DNA of 64,000 bases from Corallochytrium limacisporum Hawaii (Eukaryota; Protista; Pluriformea). Positions 11,116 to 22,426 of the stretch are shown here, one piece after another (positions within the stretch are counted from its first letter, which is position 1; each line of letters starts with the position of its first letter). The translations under genes and the position numbers were made by a program. The notes under the pieces are model-generated. The model was not told where the DNA came from, made no database searches, and was given only the letters and a program-made list of their open reading frames with translations. The stretch covers positions 1 through 64,000 of the forward strand of contig PDIP01000010.1 of NCBI GenBank assembly GCA_002811645.1, read 5' to 3'.

Positions 11116-12447
11116 ATGTCGGACAACGAAGTGCAAAACGTCCGTCATGCTTTGCAAGCTATCCGCCGGCACGGAGTTGACGCCTTTGACAAGCAGCAGG
11201 TGCAGCAGGTTGAAATGAAAGTTAAACAACTTTGTGCTCGGGGATACACACTCGCAGAACTGGAAGGTGAACCCAACAAGGAAGGAGGTAGTGGCAGCAG
11301 TCCCCAAAGGCCCAACTTGGATTCCGGCGACTTCTCCTTTGATGGTGGTCAGGACATGAACGGGTTCGAAGAATTCATGAAGGAGTTAAACTTTGATCTT
11401 GAGGGCCCTGGGCAAAATTTGAACTTTAACGCCGGTGGCTTGGATCAATACAGCAACCCGAACACTCCTGGCAGTATGAATGAGATGAGCCCAGAATCTT
11501 TCAGCCAGACAAGTCAAGGAGGTTCAAATAACAACGCGACTCGGGCCAGCACCGGCAGCGCTGGCAATCGCACACCACGAATGTCCATTCCCACAGCCGG
11601 ATTGGAACCTGTTCACGAGGAAGGCAGCTATGGCAAGATGCGTACCCCCCGCAGTGAAAAGCGGCTGAGCCGTACTATGCAGCAGCCTTGGGCAGCAAGG
11701 AACAAACGTCTCAGTGGCGATCTGACCAGCCTGGTGAGCCCCCGCGGTCCTCCCCCGCCGGTTCAGCCTGGTGCTGCCGGCGCTATGCGCCGTGGTACCA
11801 GTGTACCGAATTTAATCGGTGCTCAAGGAGGTCTCCCCGGTGCTGGAGGTTCTGCCAATGACCTGGATGCGCTGCTTTACGACAATGTGGACCTCGATCT
11901 TCTGGACCTGCAGAATATTTTGGGCGACCAAGGTCTGGGCGTCGCCGGTGGACCTTCCAACATAACTGAGGAATTGTTCGGTACCGCACCGCACAGCGCT
12001 CGGGGACCGGGTGAACGCGTAAGGCCGCACTCCATTGTTGGAGTCCCAGGACATCAGTACCAGCTGCAAGCGGGAGGACTCCAGCCGCGCGGAAGTGGCT
12101 CTTTCCCCCACGAGCAGGGTGCACAGTCACCACGCAATCTTGGCAGCTTGATTGAGCAAGTCGGTGTGATGGGTCTCAATAATGATGTCCCTAAGCGTGG
12201 ATCACAGAGCGGACTTCCGGGAATGGGATTAGCGCCGCCGGGTATGGGACCTGGACGTGGGGGTCCTCCGAACATCACTACGCACCAGCTGGCTGCTCTT
12301 CCTCCCAAGGAGCGGAAACGTTTGCTCAAGCACCGTCATAAATCCATGCCTGACCTGGTCAACCTGCCCCAGAAGGCAAAGAAACAGGACCTTATCTTCC
12401 ATGATGAGTACGAGAAGATGCACAAGAAGCACGGCAAGAAGACATAA
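11116..12447 (+). CDS. Hypothetical low-complexity (Gly/Pro/Ser-rich) protein
   Basis: 443-aa ORF with an A-rich start context (aaaaATG). Short helical N-terminus and basic C-terminus; no family recognised. Confidence 0.8.
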   Translation: MSDNEVQNVRHALQAIRRHGVDAFDKQQVQQVEMKVKQLCARGYTLAELEGEPNKEGGSGSSPQRPNLDSGDFSFDGGQDMNGFEEFMKELNFDLEGPGQNLNFNAGGLDQYSNPNTPGSMNEMSPESFSQTSQGGSNNNATRASTGSAGNRTPRMSIPTAGLEPVHEEGSYGKMRTPRSEKRLSRTMQQPWAARNKRLSGDLTSLVSPRGPPPPVQPGAAGAMRRGTSVPNLIGAQGGLPGAGGSANDLDALLYDNVDLDLLDLQNILGDQGLGVAGGPSNITEELFGTAPHSARGPGERVRPHSIVGVPGHQYQLQAGGLQPRGSGSFPHEQGAQSPRNLGSLIEQVGVMGLNNDVPKRGSQSGLPGMGLAPPGMGPGRGGPPNITTHQLAALPPKERKRLLKHRHKSMPDLVNLPQKAKKQDLIFHDEYEKMHKKHGKKT

Positions 12448-13364
12448 AGTGGGAACGGTCGATGCATTGCCTTGTTGATTCCGTTCCGCATTCTTTCGTC
12501 TTGCCAGCAAACACGGCCCCGCTACCGTGTAAGGTGCAAGCGGGATAGAACCAGATCCAATGGTCAGAGAGACCTGCATGAACAACGAGCGTGAAGTAAT
12601 GGATGGTTCGATCCGATACAGTAATGAGATGCCTGCTAGTCTTGACGTCGTCAGAGCCCCAAAGCAGCAAATCAACTCACTTGACAGTTTCTTCACGTTG
12701 TTCATCGGGAGCGGTTTATCGTGAGCAGAATACAAAACTTCCCCTCTTTGCAATTGTTACTTCACCATCTTTGACCAAGACTTGTTTACCATGCACCGCA
12801 CAAGGTTATGTTAGCCCCCGTGGTCGGAGTGTCTCAGTGTACCTTATCTCTGACCGATTTGAGACAGCCGCTCTGGACACCTTTCGTCGGAGAGAGGCGC
12901 TATCACCGTTCCCCCCCCCCCCCCTTTTCTGTCCTCTGGCATTGGAAAAGACAGGAAGACGGGGCGGCCGGACACCGCGGGTGGCAGCAGCACACACTGT
13001 CAAAATCGCATATGGGTAGAGGATGAAACGGGTGAAGGAGGGGTCCCTTCCCCCTCCCCCTGGGACGGCCCCCCCGGGGGGGGGGGGTTGGTTTTGGGTG
13101 GGCGGGTCTTTTGGCCCTCCTCCCCCCTGAGAAACATCGGAATATACCTAAATATCAATAACGATTCTCACCAACGGTGTCAAGGTATTTTGTGTCAGTG
13201 TTTTCAATAGTACTATCTGGACCTTAAGACTACATAGACGGCAGCAATATTTTGGAGGATGAGGGTGTCATCTGTTTGTTTCATTTAGGCTATCGATTGT
13301 ATTCTGGTGGCTTCAAATAACGACAGCAGCAAGGACTGGAACATACAGAGAACAACATATCACA

Positions 13365-13568
13365 ATGTCGAAGTCTAAGGTAGACGATGGAATTACTGAA
13401 GAACAGCTACTTGATGATCTGACCGAATTTAACAAGGTCAATGAGACTCTGGACCAGCTGGACAAGGCCGTCAGCGCATTGGAGAACAGGAGTGACTCTC
13501 TGCAAGAGCGTATCCAGAAGGCAATTGCTGCTTCCAACGAAACTGCGAACACTGTGAAAGAGGGATAG
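13365..13568 (+). CDS. BBLN: Bublin / UPF0184 (C9orf16-like) small coiled-coil protein
   Basis: 67 aa. 'EFNKVNETLDQLDKAVSALENRSDSLQERIQK' resembles the UPF0184 coiled coil; start context is cacaATG. Confidence 0.65.
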   Translation: MSKSKVDDGITEEQLLDDLTEFNKVNETLDQLDKAVSALENRSDSLQERIQKAIAASNETANTVKEG

Positions 13569-13712
13569 ACAACATGACATTTGTACCATGGCTCCATACA
13601 TACTGATATTTCCATAACCAATAGAACACCTGTATTACCGTATACGTTTCTGTTTTGCAATCTATTGTGTGTTTTTTTGTCTGATTTCCTTACGTGCCGA
13701 TGAACTACGTTA

Positions 13713-16700
13713 CTACATTTCTCTCTTGCTGGTAGCCATGAAGCCTTGGATCAGTTGATCGTCAGTGTAGTTTCGACCGGGCCGGTAAGGACTTTCCTGC
13801 TGTGAAGGGGCGTAGCTACCTCCACCGTAGCCCTGGAAGCTCTGCGGGCTAGGTCGTCCAAACGACGATGGCGGGTTCGCCATCATCGAATAGTGGCCAT
13901 TCAAGGCGCCCCTGCGTGGCTCCGGAGGTGGTGGTGACATGGAGTGATGTTCTCGCATGTGATCAATAGTCGTACGGAAAATGCCATTGCCTCGCTGCTG
14001 GTGGGCGTGATGCTGATTTTGCGGCTGCTGTATCATTATGCCATAGCCACTGCTCTGGGTCGGCATAGTACGCAGGAGTGCCTGAGGCGATGGCGTACGG
14101 CGGCGGCCACCCACATGTATTCCGGCGACTTCGTGGAATTGCCGCGCAAAGAAAATGAGTCGACGGATGGCCAACACGGCGACGACCGCCGCACGGAAGC
14201 GCTGCTTGGGCGATTCCTGAACAAGGGTTGGTGGGCGTGAGATGCGTTGCAATGTACGCTTGTCCGTTTCTCGGAATTGCGAAATGCACATTAGCAAATA
14301 GCGCTTCTGGTAGCAGAGAGATTTGCGATGGGACTCAGAGCGCATGTACAGGCGTTTGTAGCGGTCACCCCGCCTCTCTTCGCGCTTCAGGGCAACACGC
14401 AGCTCGTGGGGATTCAGGCCTTCCTGCCCGTTTGCACCGTCACTCGCATGATTCCAGAGCCGTTCAAGAATGAGCAGGAACTCCTGATGCCTCGCCAACA
14501 GAGTTTGTCCCTCACCGTGCAGTCGCTGACTATTGTCGTTAACAAACGAACCAGTTTGCATGCCCGCCATTATCTGTGGACCACCCGGAGACACATTTTG
14601 GTTGAAGTCGGGCTTGACGCTGAGGCTCTGGTACGCCGCGGAAGATCGGCTCTTGAGACTCCTTAGAATCTTCGCTATGCTTCGCGCACTGAGATCGACC
14701 GCGTCGTGGGCCAGAGTGTGGCGATCCTTGCCGCGGAAGAGCAAATCTGCCTGCTTTTGCAGATAGCTCAACAGGGTTTCGTAAGACTGGGTCAGGTCCA
14801 CCATCTCTGCGAGGGTTTGCCTGCCTTCCGAAACTATGCGGTTGTCCTTCTGCAGATCACGTTCTTTGTGCTCCAAGTCGCGCATCATAGCATCCAACCG
14901 TCGCGACTGGAGGTCACTTTGTCCCTCGAGGACATTTCGCTCGCCCTCAAGTTTTTCATGTTCAGTCCGACGGCGGTCGAGTTCCGCCTGCATGCGGGTG
15001 CGCTCGTTTGTGAGACGGACCGTCTGTTCATCGCTGATGCGCAGGGCATCACGCATACCGTGCATCTCATCAATCATGCGGGTCAGGCTCTCGGAATAGA
15101 CCTTGAGCTCTTCCTGATGACGTGATTCACTCTCATCCAGGGCGCTGGCGAGATGTTGAACTTGGCGGTGCAGGGAAGCCACGCCATCGCTGCGCTTCTT
15201 GGCCTGTGCAGCGAGTGTGGAGGTGAGCTTCTCCATGGTGTCGGCAGCATCATTCACGGCCCCATCGAATTTCATTTGTCCCCGGTCTGTTTGTGAGTCC
15301 AGGCCCTTGATCGGTGTTACGGATGTCCCACTGGACATCATAGAGGCCGCAGCAGCCACCCGTTGGGAAGCATCGTTGGCGCGCGCCACGGATGTCTTGT
15401 GGCTACTCAACATCTTCGAATGAAGCATTTGCATATCGTCTCGGAGACGATTGACCTGCTGCTGCAGCGGTGTCTTCGGTACAGCTGGACGAAGGTTTCC
15501 ATCGTCGTCGCTCCGCGGGAACGGGCCAGGGGTCACTCCTGGGGTTGCCGGTGCTGTACTTAGGCGGTTTCGCACAGACTTCAGTTCATATTGCAGCTCT
15601 TCGACCTTCTCATCACGGCTCCTGAGTTTCTTGGTCAAAGTTTTAATCTCTGTCTCGAGGTCAGCCACCTTGTCCTCGGTCTGGAAGCGCAGAGCCTTGG
15701 CATTAAGATGGGAGTCCTCCTCCAGGCTGCTTCCACTGGTTACCTTTGCTAACTCAGAAGACTTCTGGTCCAGTTGCTTCTTTAAGGCCTTGACCTCCAG
15801 CTGAAGGCTAGCGGACACATCGCGGTAATTGTCAATGTCTTGTTCAAGCTCAACGATGTGGTTTTGCTTATCATTGACAAGTTGCTTAAGTTGCTTGACG
15901 TTCTGAGTCTTGAGCTCCAGGTTCTGGCTCATCTCAGGTATGTTGCTCATGACCGCCTCAGCCTTGGAGCCGCCTGTTTTGGACCTGGTCATGGACCTAC
16001 CCGCCAGGCTTTCATGGCTCTTGCGTATGGTCCTTCTCAGTTCGGCGATACTATCGTCCAGATTGTCGCTGTCCGACACGGTTGACTGATTTTGTGCGGT
16101 CTCCAACATAAAGTGCTCAATAAGACGTGCTTGCTGGCGAGCTGTGCTCTTGAGCACACCTACGACTTCCACATAGCTACGGAGTATGTCATCGTTGCTC
16201 GCATTGCGCATGTCATCCTGGGCACGTACAAAGCGTGTGGACACGAAGGATGCCTTATCCTTCGGCAACGAACGGTGCACATTGGCAACCTCGTCCAACG
16301 CAACAAAGGAATCATTCAAGGCATCAATCGCATCTGCAGGGGCCGGGCTAGAGCTAACGATAGGGCTGGAGGCCAGGCCAGGTGATTCAATCTGTCCCTT
16401 GGGTGACGGTGCTTCCGTGAAAGTGACAGATTTCCTTTGCTCCGTGATGCCGACATCTCCACCGCCCATGTGCATCGCTGACTTGTCACCCACAGCAGCA
16501 CTGTCCTGCATTTTCGCCCTGTAGTCATCGAGCTCAAACTGCATTGTTTGTAGCTCTTCCTCCATGGTCAAATTTTCTTCACGAGCTTGGCGCAGATCCA
16601 TACGGAGCTCCTCCACGCGCTTCCTTAGAGTGTCGTCACCACGAATGGGCAGAGGAGATGAGCGGCCAGCCAACTCTGCTGCCTCCTTGGCAGCGGCCTT

Positions 16701-19700
16701 GAGATCTTCATTCTCAATTTCAGCAGTTGCCAATTGAGTCTCTAAATCCATTATCTGTCCCCTGGCTTCCCGCAACTCCGCTTTCACTTCTTCCAAGCGG
16801 CGTTTCAAACCTTCTTCTGTGCTCTGGAGGGTAACAGGAGACTTGTTTACCATCTGCAAGTCTTCTTCTTTGGACAGCAAGTCTGCCTTTTCGATCTCCA
16901 GTTCTTCCACGCGGGCCTCCAAGTCCTCGACGGTCTGTCGGGCCTCCCTGAGTTCGCTTCGGGCGGATTCCAAGGGCTCTTTGAGCTTCAGATCGTTACC
17001 CGACCGTGCTTCATGCTTAGCAGTCTCGAGTTCCTCCCTCACTTCTGAGTAGTCCGCTTCCATACTCCGCAGCTCCGCTTGAGCGCTGGCCATCTCCCTG
17101 CGAACAGTCTTTAGCTCGTTCTCAAAGCGGATACGCTCATGTTCAGTCTCACTCTTTTCTTTGCGAAGTTGCTTGATCGCTTCGTTTGCAGCATGAAGTT
17201 CCTCGCGAAGCTTAGATACAGTTCTGCTTAGTTCGTTGTCCATTCCACTTGCCTGAGAATCCTCAGTAGCAAACTCGCCAGAGAGATCGCCTATGATTCC
17301 CTCAGTCTCCAGATTGTACAACGATGCTGGCAGACTGAGACCAGAGATTGCGCCCAAGAGCTCCTGAGAAGCTGCACTTCCCAAATCAGCCACGGATATC
17401 CTGATGGTCTTCATGGCCTGCTGCATTTGCACACGCTCCACTTCCGCAAGCTTCATGCGCTTGTTGTACTCGCGGGTGCGCTCCTCAAGCCTCTTCTCAA
17501 TGTTTTGCACCTGTCGCCAGAGATCCCGAGCAGTAGCCCTACCGCCAGCACCGATGACATCGTCGTCAGCAATGACGGCTTCAGATAGTTCCAGATTCTT
17601 TTGACGAACCTCAAAGTCCTTACGACGGAGCTCTACACGAACCTTCTCCACTTCGGCCCGCTCGTTACGGAGCTGGAGTTGAAGGTTGGAAACCAAGCCA
17701 TCAAGTTCCTTGCACTTGCTCTCGAGAATCCCGGCACTCTGGGCTTGGCGCTGATGTGTCCGGCACTCAGACTGGTGCTGCAGCAGATCGTTCCGTGCAT
17801 CATCAAGTTCTCTCTGAAGCTGTGTCTCTCGGGCCTTCAAGGACTCGTAGCGCTGGTTGAGCGCATTGTAGTCCTGGCGCAATGCGGTCAGCGCGATGTG
17901 GTATTCCTGGCTTTCATCGACTCCACTGCGTAACTTGTCGCTGGTGTTAATGAGAGTGCCGATCTCACGCTGCATGTCATAAACACGGTCTTCCAGCATT
18001 CGGACCTCGTTCCTGTAGTTGTCGTTCTCCACTTCTAACTGCTGCGTCCGATCCTTCATATATTGACTCGCATCCTCAGAACGATCCAGTTCTTCCTGAA
18101 TGATCTTCTGTGCGCGCCTCTGAAGGTCAATTTCTTTGGAGAATTCCGCACGTACGTCAGCAAGCTGTCGCATGTGCGCACTTTCGGCATCCGCCTTCGC
18201 ACGCGAAACCTTTCTGATGGCATCATTCTGCTCGTCCAGCAGGTCCCGAAGCTTTCCAAGCTCTATTTGCAGAAGGCGATTACCATCTGTCACGCGAGAC
18301 ATTTCTGTGGCACTGTGCTGCAGTTTACTTTCGAGAGCACTGATCTGGCCCTTCAGTGCAAAGATTTCTTCGTGGCACTGCGATACTTCATTTCTTGCGT
18401 CCTCAAGATTTTCTCGAGCGTTTCGCAGTAGGCGTTCGGAATTGTTTAGTTCATTGTGCAAACGTTCCCGTTCCTTCGAGGCAATCTCATTTACCTTGGT
18501 GAATTCAGAAGTCTTGGACTGTGAGATGGCCACCAACTCGCGAAGCTGGGTGTCACATTGGTCTGCGCGCTCCTTTTCGTCCTGGAATTGAGTCTGGAGG
18601 GCGTAGTAGGCTCCCTCTGATGCCTTAATGGCCTTGTTCAGACGCTGTACCTCGAGTCTCAGCTTCTCATGGCTGGCCTCCTTACGTTTATTCTCCCGTT
18701 GAATGTCCTTGACCTCGGAAGAAAGTTCCTTCTTCTCCCTGATCTCCTTTGCAATAATGTCCTTGGTTGCACGGAGCTCCGTGCGCATTCTTGATGCCTC
18801 TCTGGTCATCTTGCAAAGCTTGTCAACCACGCTCTCTGGCGCGCCATGGACATTATCAGCATCATTTTCCTCAGCAATGCTCTTGTGGCCCACTTCCTTC
18901 TGAAGCTCATGCATACGAAGAATGATGTCCTGCATGTGATCAAACAAGCCATTTGAATGCTGCGCCAACTCATCCCTTTCAGCCGCCAGGGCTGTACTAG
19001 TTTCTTGCAGTTTGCTGTACTCATCCTTAACCTGGCCGAGCTCTCCTTCCAGATCGACCAGTCTTGCCTTGGTGCTGTTTGCATCCGCGAGCAATTGGCT
19101 ATTCTGATCTCTCAGTTGAGAAGCTTCCGTCTGCAGTCGTGCGTGTGAAGCATGTAAATTGTTTCGTTCGTACTCGGTCTTGTCACTGGTTGACTTCACA
19201 TGATGGAGATCCTTGCGAAGAACTTCCACCTCAATCTCCAGCCTGTGGTACTTTTCGCGTGCTTCATTTGCTTCTTCGTTGACTTTGCGCAGATGCTCTA
19301 ATTCCTTGTTGAGTTGCTCGATGACAGCCTTCTGTCTGTCTGACGTGTGGGAAGTCGTCCTGGTAATTGCCTCGTACTTGCTCTGCAGGCTGGAGTTTGC
19401 AAGCTCGAGGTCCTGAGCCTTGGTCTGCGCATTAGTCAGCTCGGATTGGAGCCGCCTGGTCGCTTCAGACATATCTGCTTCCTTCTTCTTCAGAGATTGG
19501 AGTTCAGACAGTGCAGATTGGATCTTAGTTTCGTACCCACTACCAATAGTACTCAACATTTCGTTCATTTCCTCATTTTGGCGTTTCAAGACATCGTAAC
19601 GAGCATCCAGGGAAGCATACTTCTCCTGCACAGCACGCCTTGCCTCCAATTCTCGCCGTACTTCATTCACGTGATCAGTCTCTAAGTTTTCCAATTGGCG

Positions 19701-21620
19701 GCGCAAACGACCGGCTTCATCATTAGCCTGGCGGAGGCGCAGGCTTAGTGCATCCTTGTCCTGTGCAAGATTCCCGTTCACACTCTGCAACTCATGTGTC
19801 AGCCGGTCAATCTTGTTTTGCATGGTTTCGCGATCGCGCTTCACCCGGTTGCACTCTCGCCTCAAATCGTTGTGTTCTGCACTCAGAGTCTCAAGTTCGT
19901 CCTCTAGCTCAGAAATACGATTGCGCAGAATTGTTTGGTCTGGCGTCCGCGTTGCCAGATACGGAGAAGTCAATTGGTTATGGCTTTGTTGAGCGGGTGA
20001 GTGACTCTCAAAACGTGGTGGTGAGGGCTGGTACAACGGACTGCGAGACTGGTACGAGGGACTTTCATGTTGAGGACTCATTGATCTCTGATGCTCACGC
20101 TCCATTTGCTCAAGTTCTTCACGAAGACGCTCGATTTCATCGTCAGCTTTTTCAGCCTGCGCCTGCAACCGGAGCTGGAGGTTGGCGGCTTCCTGAGCAA
20201 TGTCAGCTGCAGCATCACGCAATTGAGCACCCCGTAACCCGTAAGGGAAAGACTGATTTGAACCCCAGTCCGGGCTTCGGCTGCGCTTACCAGTATCATC
20301 CAACATGCTGAATGCTGCAAGAGCCTCGTAACAATCGTCCACCTGTTGCTGCAGATCTTCAATCTTGAGGTCTAGATTAGCCTTTGTCACGTTCAGAGAC
20401 TCCACGTTGCGATCCAGAGCTTCCTTCTCAATCTTCACAGAGTCCAGTTCAGTTTGTAGCTGCTGAGATTGCTGTTCCTGTGCTTGCAGCCTGAGACGGA
20501 ACTCATTAGCTTCATGTTTGTGCGAGTCGGCCTCGTGCTTGAGATCTGTCAGTTTGTCTTCCAGAGTGTTGTTTGCAGTCCTAGTCTGTCTAAGTTCCGC
20601 CCGAAGCTCATTCATACGCTCTTCGTGCTTGGGATCAATTGCATTACCACGCAGAGACTCGTCCTTGAGCTGATCAAGCGCTTGCTTGAGCTCCATTACA
20701 TCACGACGCAGTTCATAACGCTCTGATTGGAGTTCCTGGTTCTCAGCATGCGCCTTCTGCAGTCCCTCACGCAGTTGCTGGCACTCCCGCTGAAGATAAT
20801 CGAACTCACGCTCCTTTTTCCGCAACCCATCTATGGTGTTCTGTGTGTCTTTCATGGCCTTGTTCACCACACTGTACGACTGGCGATTACTGGCGAGTTC
20901 CTTCTTCATTCTATCAATCTCATCAACCATTTCCTTATTCTCTCGCTCAAAATCCTCGAACCGGTCAAGATCACTACGAGCGATACTAAGCTCCGCCTCC
21001 TTGAACTGTTCAAAGCGCCCACGCAGGTCCTCGTTTTCAAACTGAGCCTCTTCTAGGGCTTCTTGCAAACGCTTTATCTCAGCAGACTCCTCGATACTTG
21101 TACCTCCCACGGGTTCGCTTTGCAATTGCTGCTCCAGTCTACTCATGCGCGTCTCAGCAAGCTCCAGTGCCGATCTGAGCGAATCGTTTTCAGTAGTTAA
21201 TTGCCATGCCTCATCAAGATCTGCCTTTGCATGGTCGAGTTCCATGTCTTTCATATACTCAGTCTTCCGATGCAAAGAGTCGTGCTCCTTGGCCAGGTCT
21301 TGCACTTGTTTCAAAAGTCTGTAAGCAAGGGCAGTATCTCCTTGCACCTGCTTTGTTAGCACTGTGCTCAACTCCTCTAGCCATGGCTGACCAATTGTGC
21401 TTAGAACCGTGCGACCACCTTTCCGCTTTGTCCCGCTCAATGGTGTGGACGCGAACGTGACGTTTGCCTTTTGCGGTGTCGCCCAGTTTTCTTTGTCCTG
21501 CTTCGGTGTGTAGAACTGCGATTCGTCCTTATTTACAGGAGCACCCTCACGCTTCTCAAGGGCTTGCCTTGCTTTCGCAAGTAGCTGCTTCTTATTTGTC
21601 GGTGATACCATGGCGGTCAT
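13713..21620 (-). CDS. Pericentrin/AKAP9/Pcp1-like giant coiled-coil protein with C-terminal PACT domain
   Basis: 2635 aa of heptad-rich sequence. PACT signature 'KRLYMRSESHRKSLCYQKRYLL' is followed by the calmodulin-binding-like 'PKQRFRAAVVAVLAIRRL'. Confidence 0.88.
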   Translation of the reverse strand: MTAMVSPTNKKQLLAKARQALEKREGAPVNKDESQFYTPKQDKENWATPQKANVTFASTPLSGTKRKGGRTVLSTIGQPWLEELSTVLTKQVQGDTALAYRLLKQVQDLAKEHDSLHRKTEYMKDMELDHAKADLDEAWQLTTENDSLRSALELAETRMSRLEQQLQSEPVGGTSIEESAEIKRLQEALEEAQFENEDLRGRFEQFKEAELSIARSDLDRFEDFERENKEMVDEIDRMKKELASNRQSYSVVNKAMKDTQNTIDGLRKKEREFDYLQRECQQLREGLQKAHAENQELQSERYELRRDVMELKQALDQLKDESLRGNAIDPKHEERMNELRAELRQTRTANNTLEDKLTDLKHEADSHKHEANEFRLRLQAQEQQSQQLQTELDSVKIEKEALDRNVESLNVTKANLDLKIEDLQQQVDDCYEALAAFSMLDDTGKRSRSPDWGSNQSFPYGLRGAQLRDAAADIAQEAANLQLRLQAQAEKADDEIERLREELEQMEREHQRSMSPQHESPSYQSRSPLYQPSPPRFESHSPAQQSHNQLTSPYLATRTPDQTILRNRISELEDELETLSAEHNDLRRECNRVKRDRETMQNKIDRLTHELQSVNGNLAQDKDALSLRLRQANDEAGRLRRQLENLETDHVNEVRRELEARRAVQEKYASLDARYDVLKRQNEEMNEMLSTIGSGYETKIQSALSELQSLKKKEADMSEATRRLQSELTNAQTKAQDLELANSSLQSKYEAITRTTSHTSDRQKAVIEQLNKELEHLRKVNEEANEAREKYHRLEIEVEVLRKDLHHVKSTSDKTEYERNNLHASHARLQTEASQLRDQNSQLLADANSTKARLVDLEGELGQVKDEYSKLQETSTALAAERDELAQHSNGLFDHMQDIILRMHELQKEVGHKSIAEENDADNVHGAPESVVDKLCKMTREASRMRTELRATKDIIAKEIREKKELSSEVKDIQRENKRKEASHEKLRLEVQRLNKAIKASEGAYYALQTQFQDEKERADQCDTQLRELVAISQSKTSEFTKVNEIASKERERLHNELNNSERLLRNARENLEDARNEVSQCHEEIFALKGQISALESKLQHSATEMSRVTDGNRLLQIELGKLRDLLDEQNDAIRKVSRAKADAESAHMRQLADVRAEFSKEIDLQRRAQKIIQEELDRSEDASQYMKDRTQQLEVENDNYRNEVRMLEDRVYDMQREIGTLINTSDKLRSGVDESQEYHIALTALRQDYNALNQRYESLKARETQLQRELDDARNDLLQHQSECRTHQRQAQSAGILESKCKELDGLVSNLQLQLRNERAEVEKVRVELRRKDFEVRQKNLELSEAVIADDDVIGAGGRATARDLWRQVQNIEKRLEERTREYNKRMKLAEVERVQMQQAMKTIRISVADLGSAASQELLGAISGLSLPASLYNLETEGIIGDLSGEFATEDSQASGMDNELSRTVSKLREELHAANEAIKQLRKEKSETEHERIRFENELKTVRREMASAQAELRSMEADYSEVREELETAKHEARSGNDLKLKEPLESARSELREARQTVEDLEARVEELEIEKADLLSKEEDLQMVNKSPVTLQSTEEGLKRRLEEVKAELREARGQIMDLETQLATAEIENEDLKAAAKEAAELAGRSSPLPIRGDDTLRKRVEELRMDLRQAREENLTMEEELQTMQFELDDYRAKMQDSAAVGDKSAMHMGGGDVGITEQRKSVTFTEAPSPKGQIESPGLASSPIVSSSPAPADAIDALNDSFVALDEVANVHRSLPKDKASFVSTRFVRAQDDMRNASNDDILRSYVEVVGVLKSTARQQARLIEHFMLETAQNQSTVSDSDNLDDSIAELRRTIRKSHESLAGRSMTRSKTGGSKAEAVMSNIPEMSQNLELKTQNVKQLKQLVNDKQNHIVELEQDIDNYRDVSASLQLEVKALKKQLDQKSSELAKVTSGSSLEEDSHLNAKALRFQTEDKVADLETEIKTLTKKLRSRDEKVEELQYELKSVRNRLSTAPATPGVTPGPFPRSDDDGNLRPAVPKTPLQQQVNRLRDDMQMLHSKMLSSHKTSVARANDASQRVAAAASMMSSGTSVTPIKGLDSQTDRGQMKFDGAVNDAADTMEKLTSTLAAQAKKRSDGVASLHRQVQHLASALDESESRHQEELKVYSESLTRMIDEMHGMRDALRISDEQTVRLTNERTRMQAELDRRRTEHEKLEGERNVLEGQSDLQSRRLDAMMRDLEHKERDLQKDNRIVSEGRQTLAEMVDLTQSYETLLSYLQKQADLLFRGKDRHTLAHDAVDLSARSIAKILRSLKSRSSAAYQSLSVKPDFNQNVSPGGPQIMAGMQTGSFVNDNSQRLHGEGQTLLARHQEFLLILERLWNHASDGANGQEGLNPHELRVALKREERRGDRYKRLYMRSESHRKSLCYQKRYLLMCISQFRETDKRTLQRISRPPTLVQESPKQRFRAAVVAVLAIRRLIFFARQFHEVAGIHVGGRRRTPSPQALLRTMPTQSSGYGIMIQQPQNQHHAHQQRGNGIFRTTIDHMREHHSMSPPPPEPRRGALNGHYSMMANPPSSFGRPSPQSFQGYGGGSYAPSQQESPYRPGRNYTDDQLIQGFMATSKREM

Positions 21621-21823
21621 TGCAAGCTTCTTTCACATTATGATGTTGGCTCACCCGACAGCAACGTGCTGGTTTACATGTCTTGGCTATGTGTGCCGTT
21701 CTGCAGTTGCGAGAGTGATGGAACATGCGCAGTGGTAGCCTCTGTGCTTAAGTACCACGTCAGTGATAATCTGCCAAGATCTCTCGAAAAGAGTCGTAAT
21801 CATTCCGTCACATTCCCATGTTG

Positions 21824-21868
21824 CTGTAGTTAGCACGCGCATCCGTTCGGCGGTTCGTTCGGACTCAC
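21824..21868 (-). other. Predicted 45-nt 5'UTR intron of the PACT gene
   Basis: Minus strand reads GTGAGT...GTGCTAACTACAG: canonical donor, CTAAC branch point and CAG acceptor. Confidence 0.7.
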
Positions 21869-22426
21869 CCTCCAAAGTGCGGGAGAAACTTGAAAATACT
21901 GTGCAAGGCGCGAAAACCAGGAATTTGAAGGAAAAGCGGCCCCGAGTGCCCAGGTCGGCTCTCCGCGGGGGATCAAGAAAGCCACCCTACTTACTATTTT
22001 TCTCTGGGCTTTCGTGTTCTCTTCATCAGGGATGGGCAGCGATTTGTTGCGAGCTCCCGTTGCGATGGTTTCGCGCCTGTATTTCGAAAGGAGACCGAGT
22101 TCCTGACTGGTGAAGGAAACCTGGAGAGGGGAGTCCAAATACTGCCAAGACGATTTTTCAAGGGTGGGTGGCTGTAAACTGGGTCACCTGGGCATTATTG
22201 ACCGCAGATTGATCTCAATGCAAATCTGGTGGATAGTAAACATGGATGAAAAATGTGTATAATATTTTTGTGAGTTCTTCAACGGATCTTAAATTTTTGG
22301 TCTGGGTTCATAATGAAGCAGCATGGCTGTGCTCCTCATGGCCCTGGACGAGGATCTACATGCTCCACAATGGAGCAAACACATGGATCTAAATGTAGTT
22401 TGTGAATGTGATACAAGTGGGATGCT

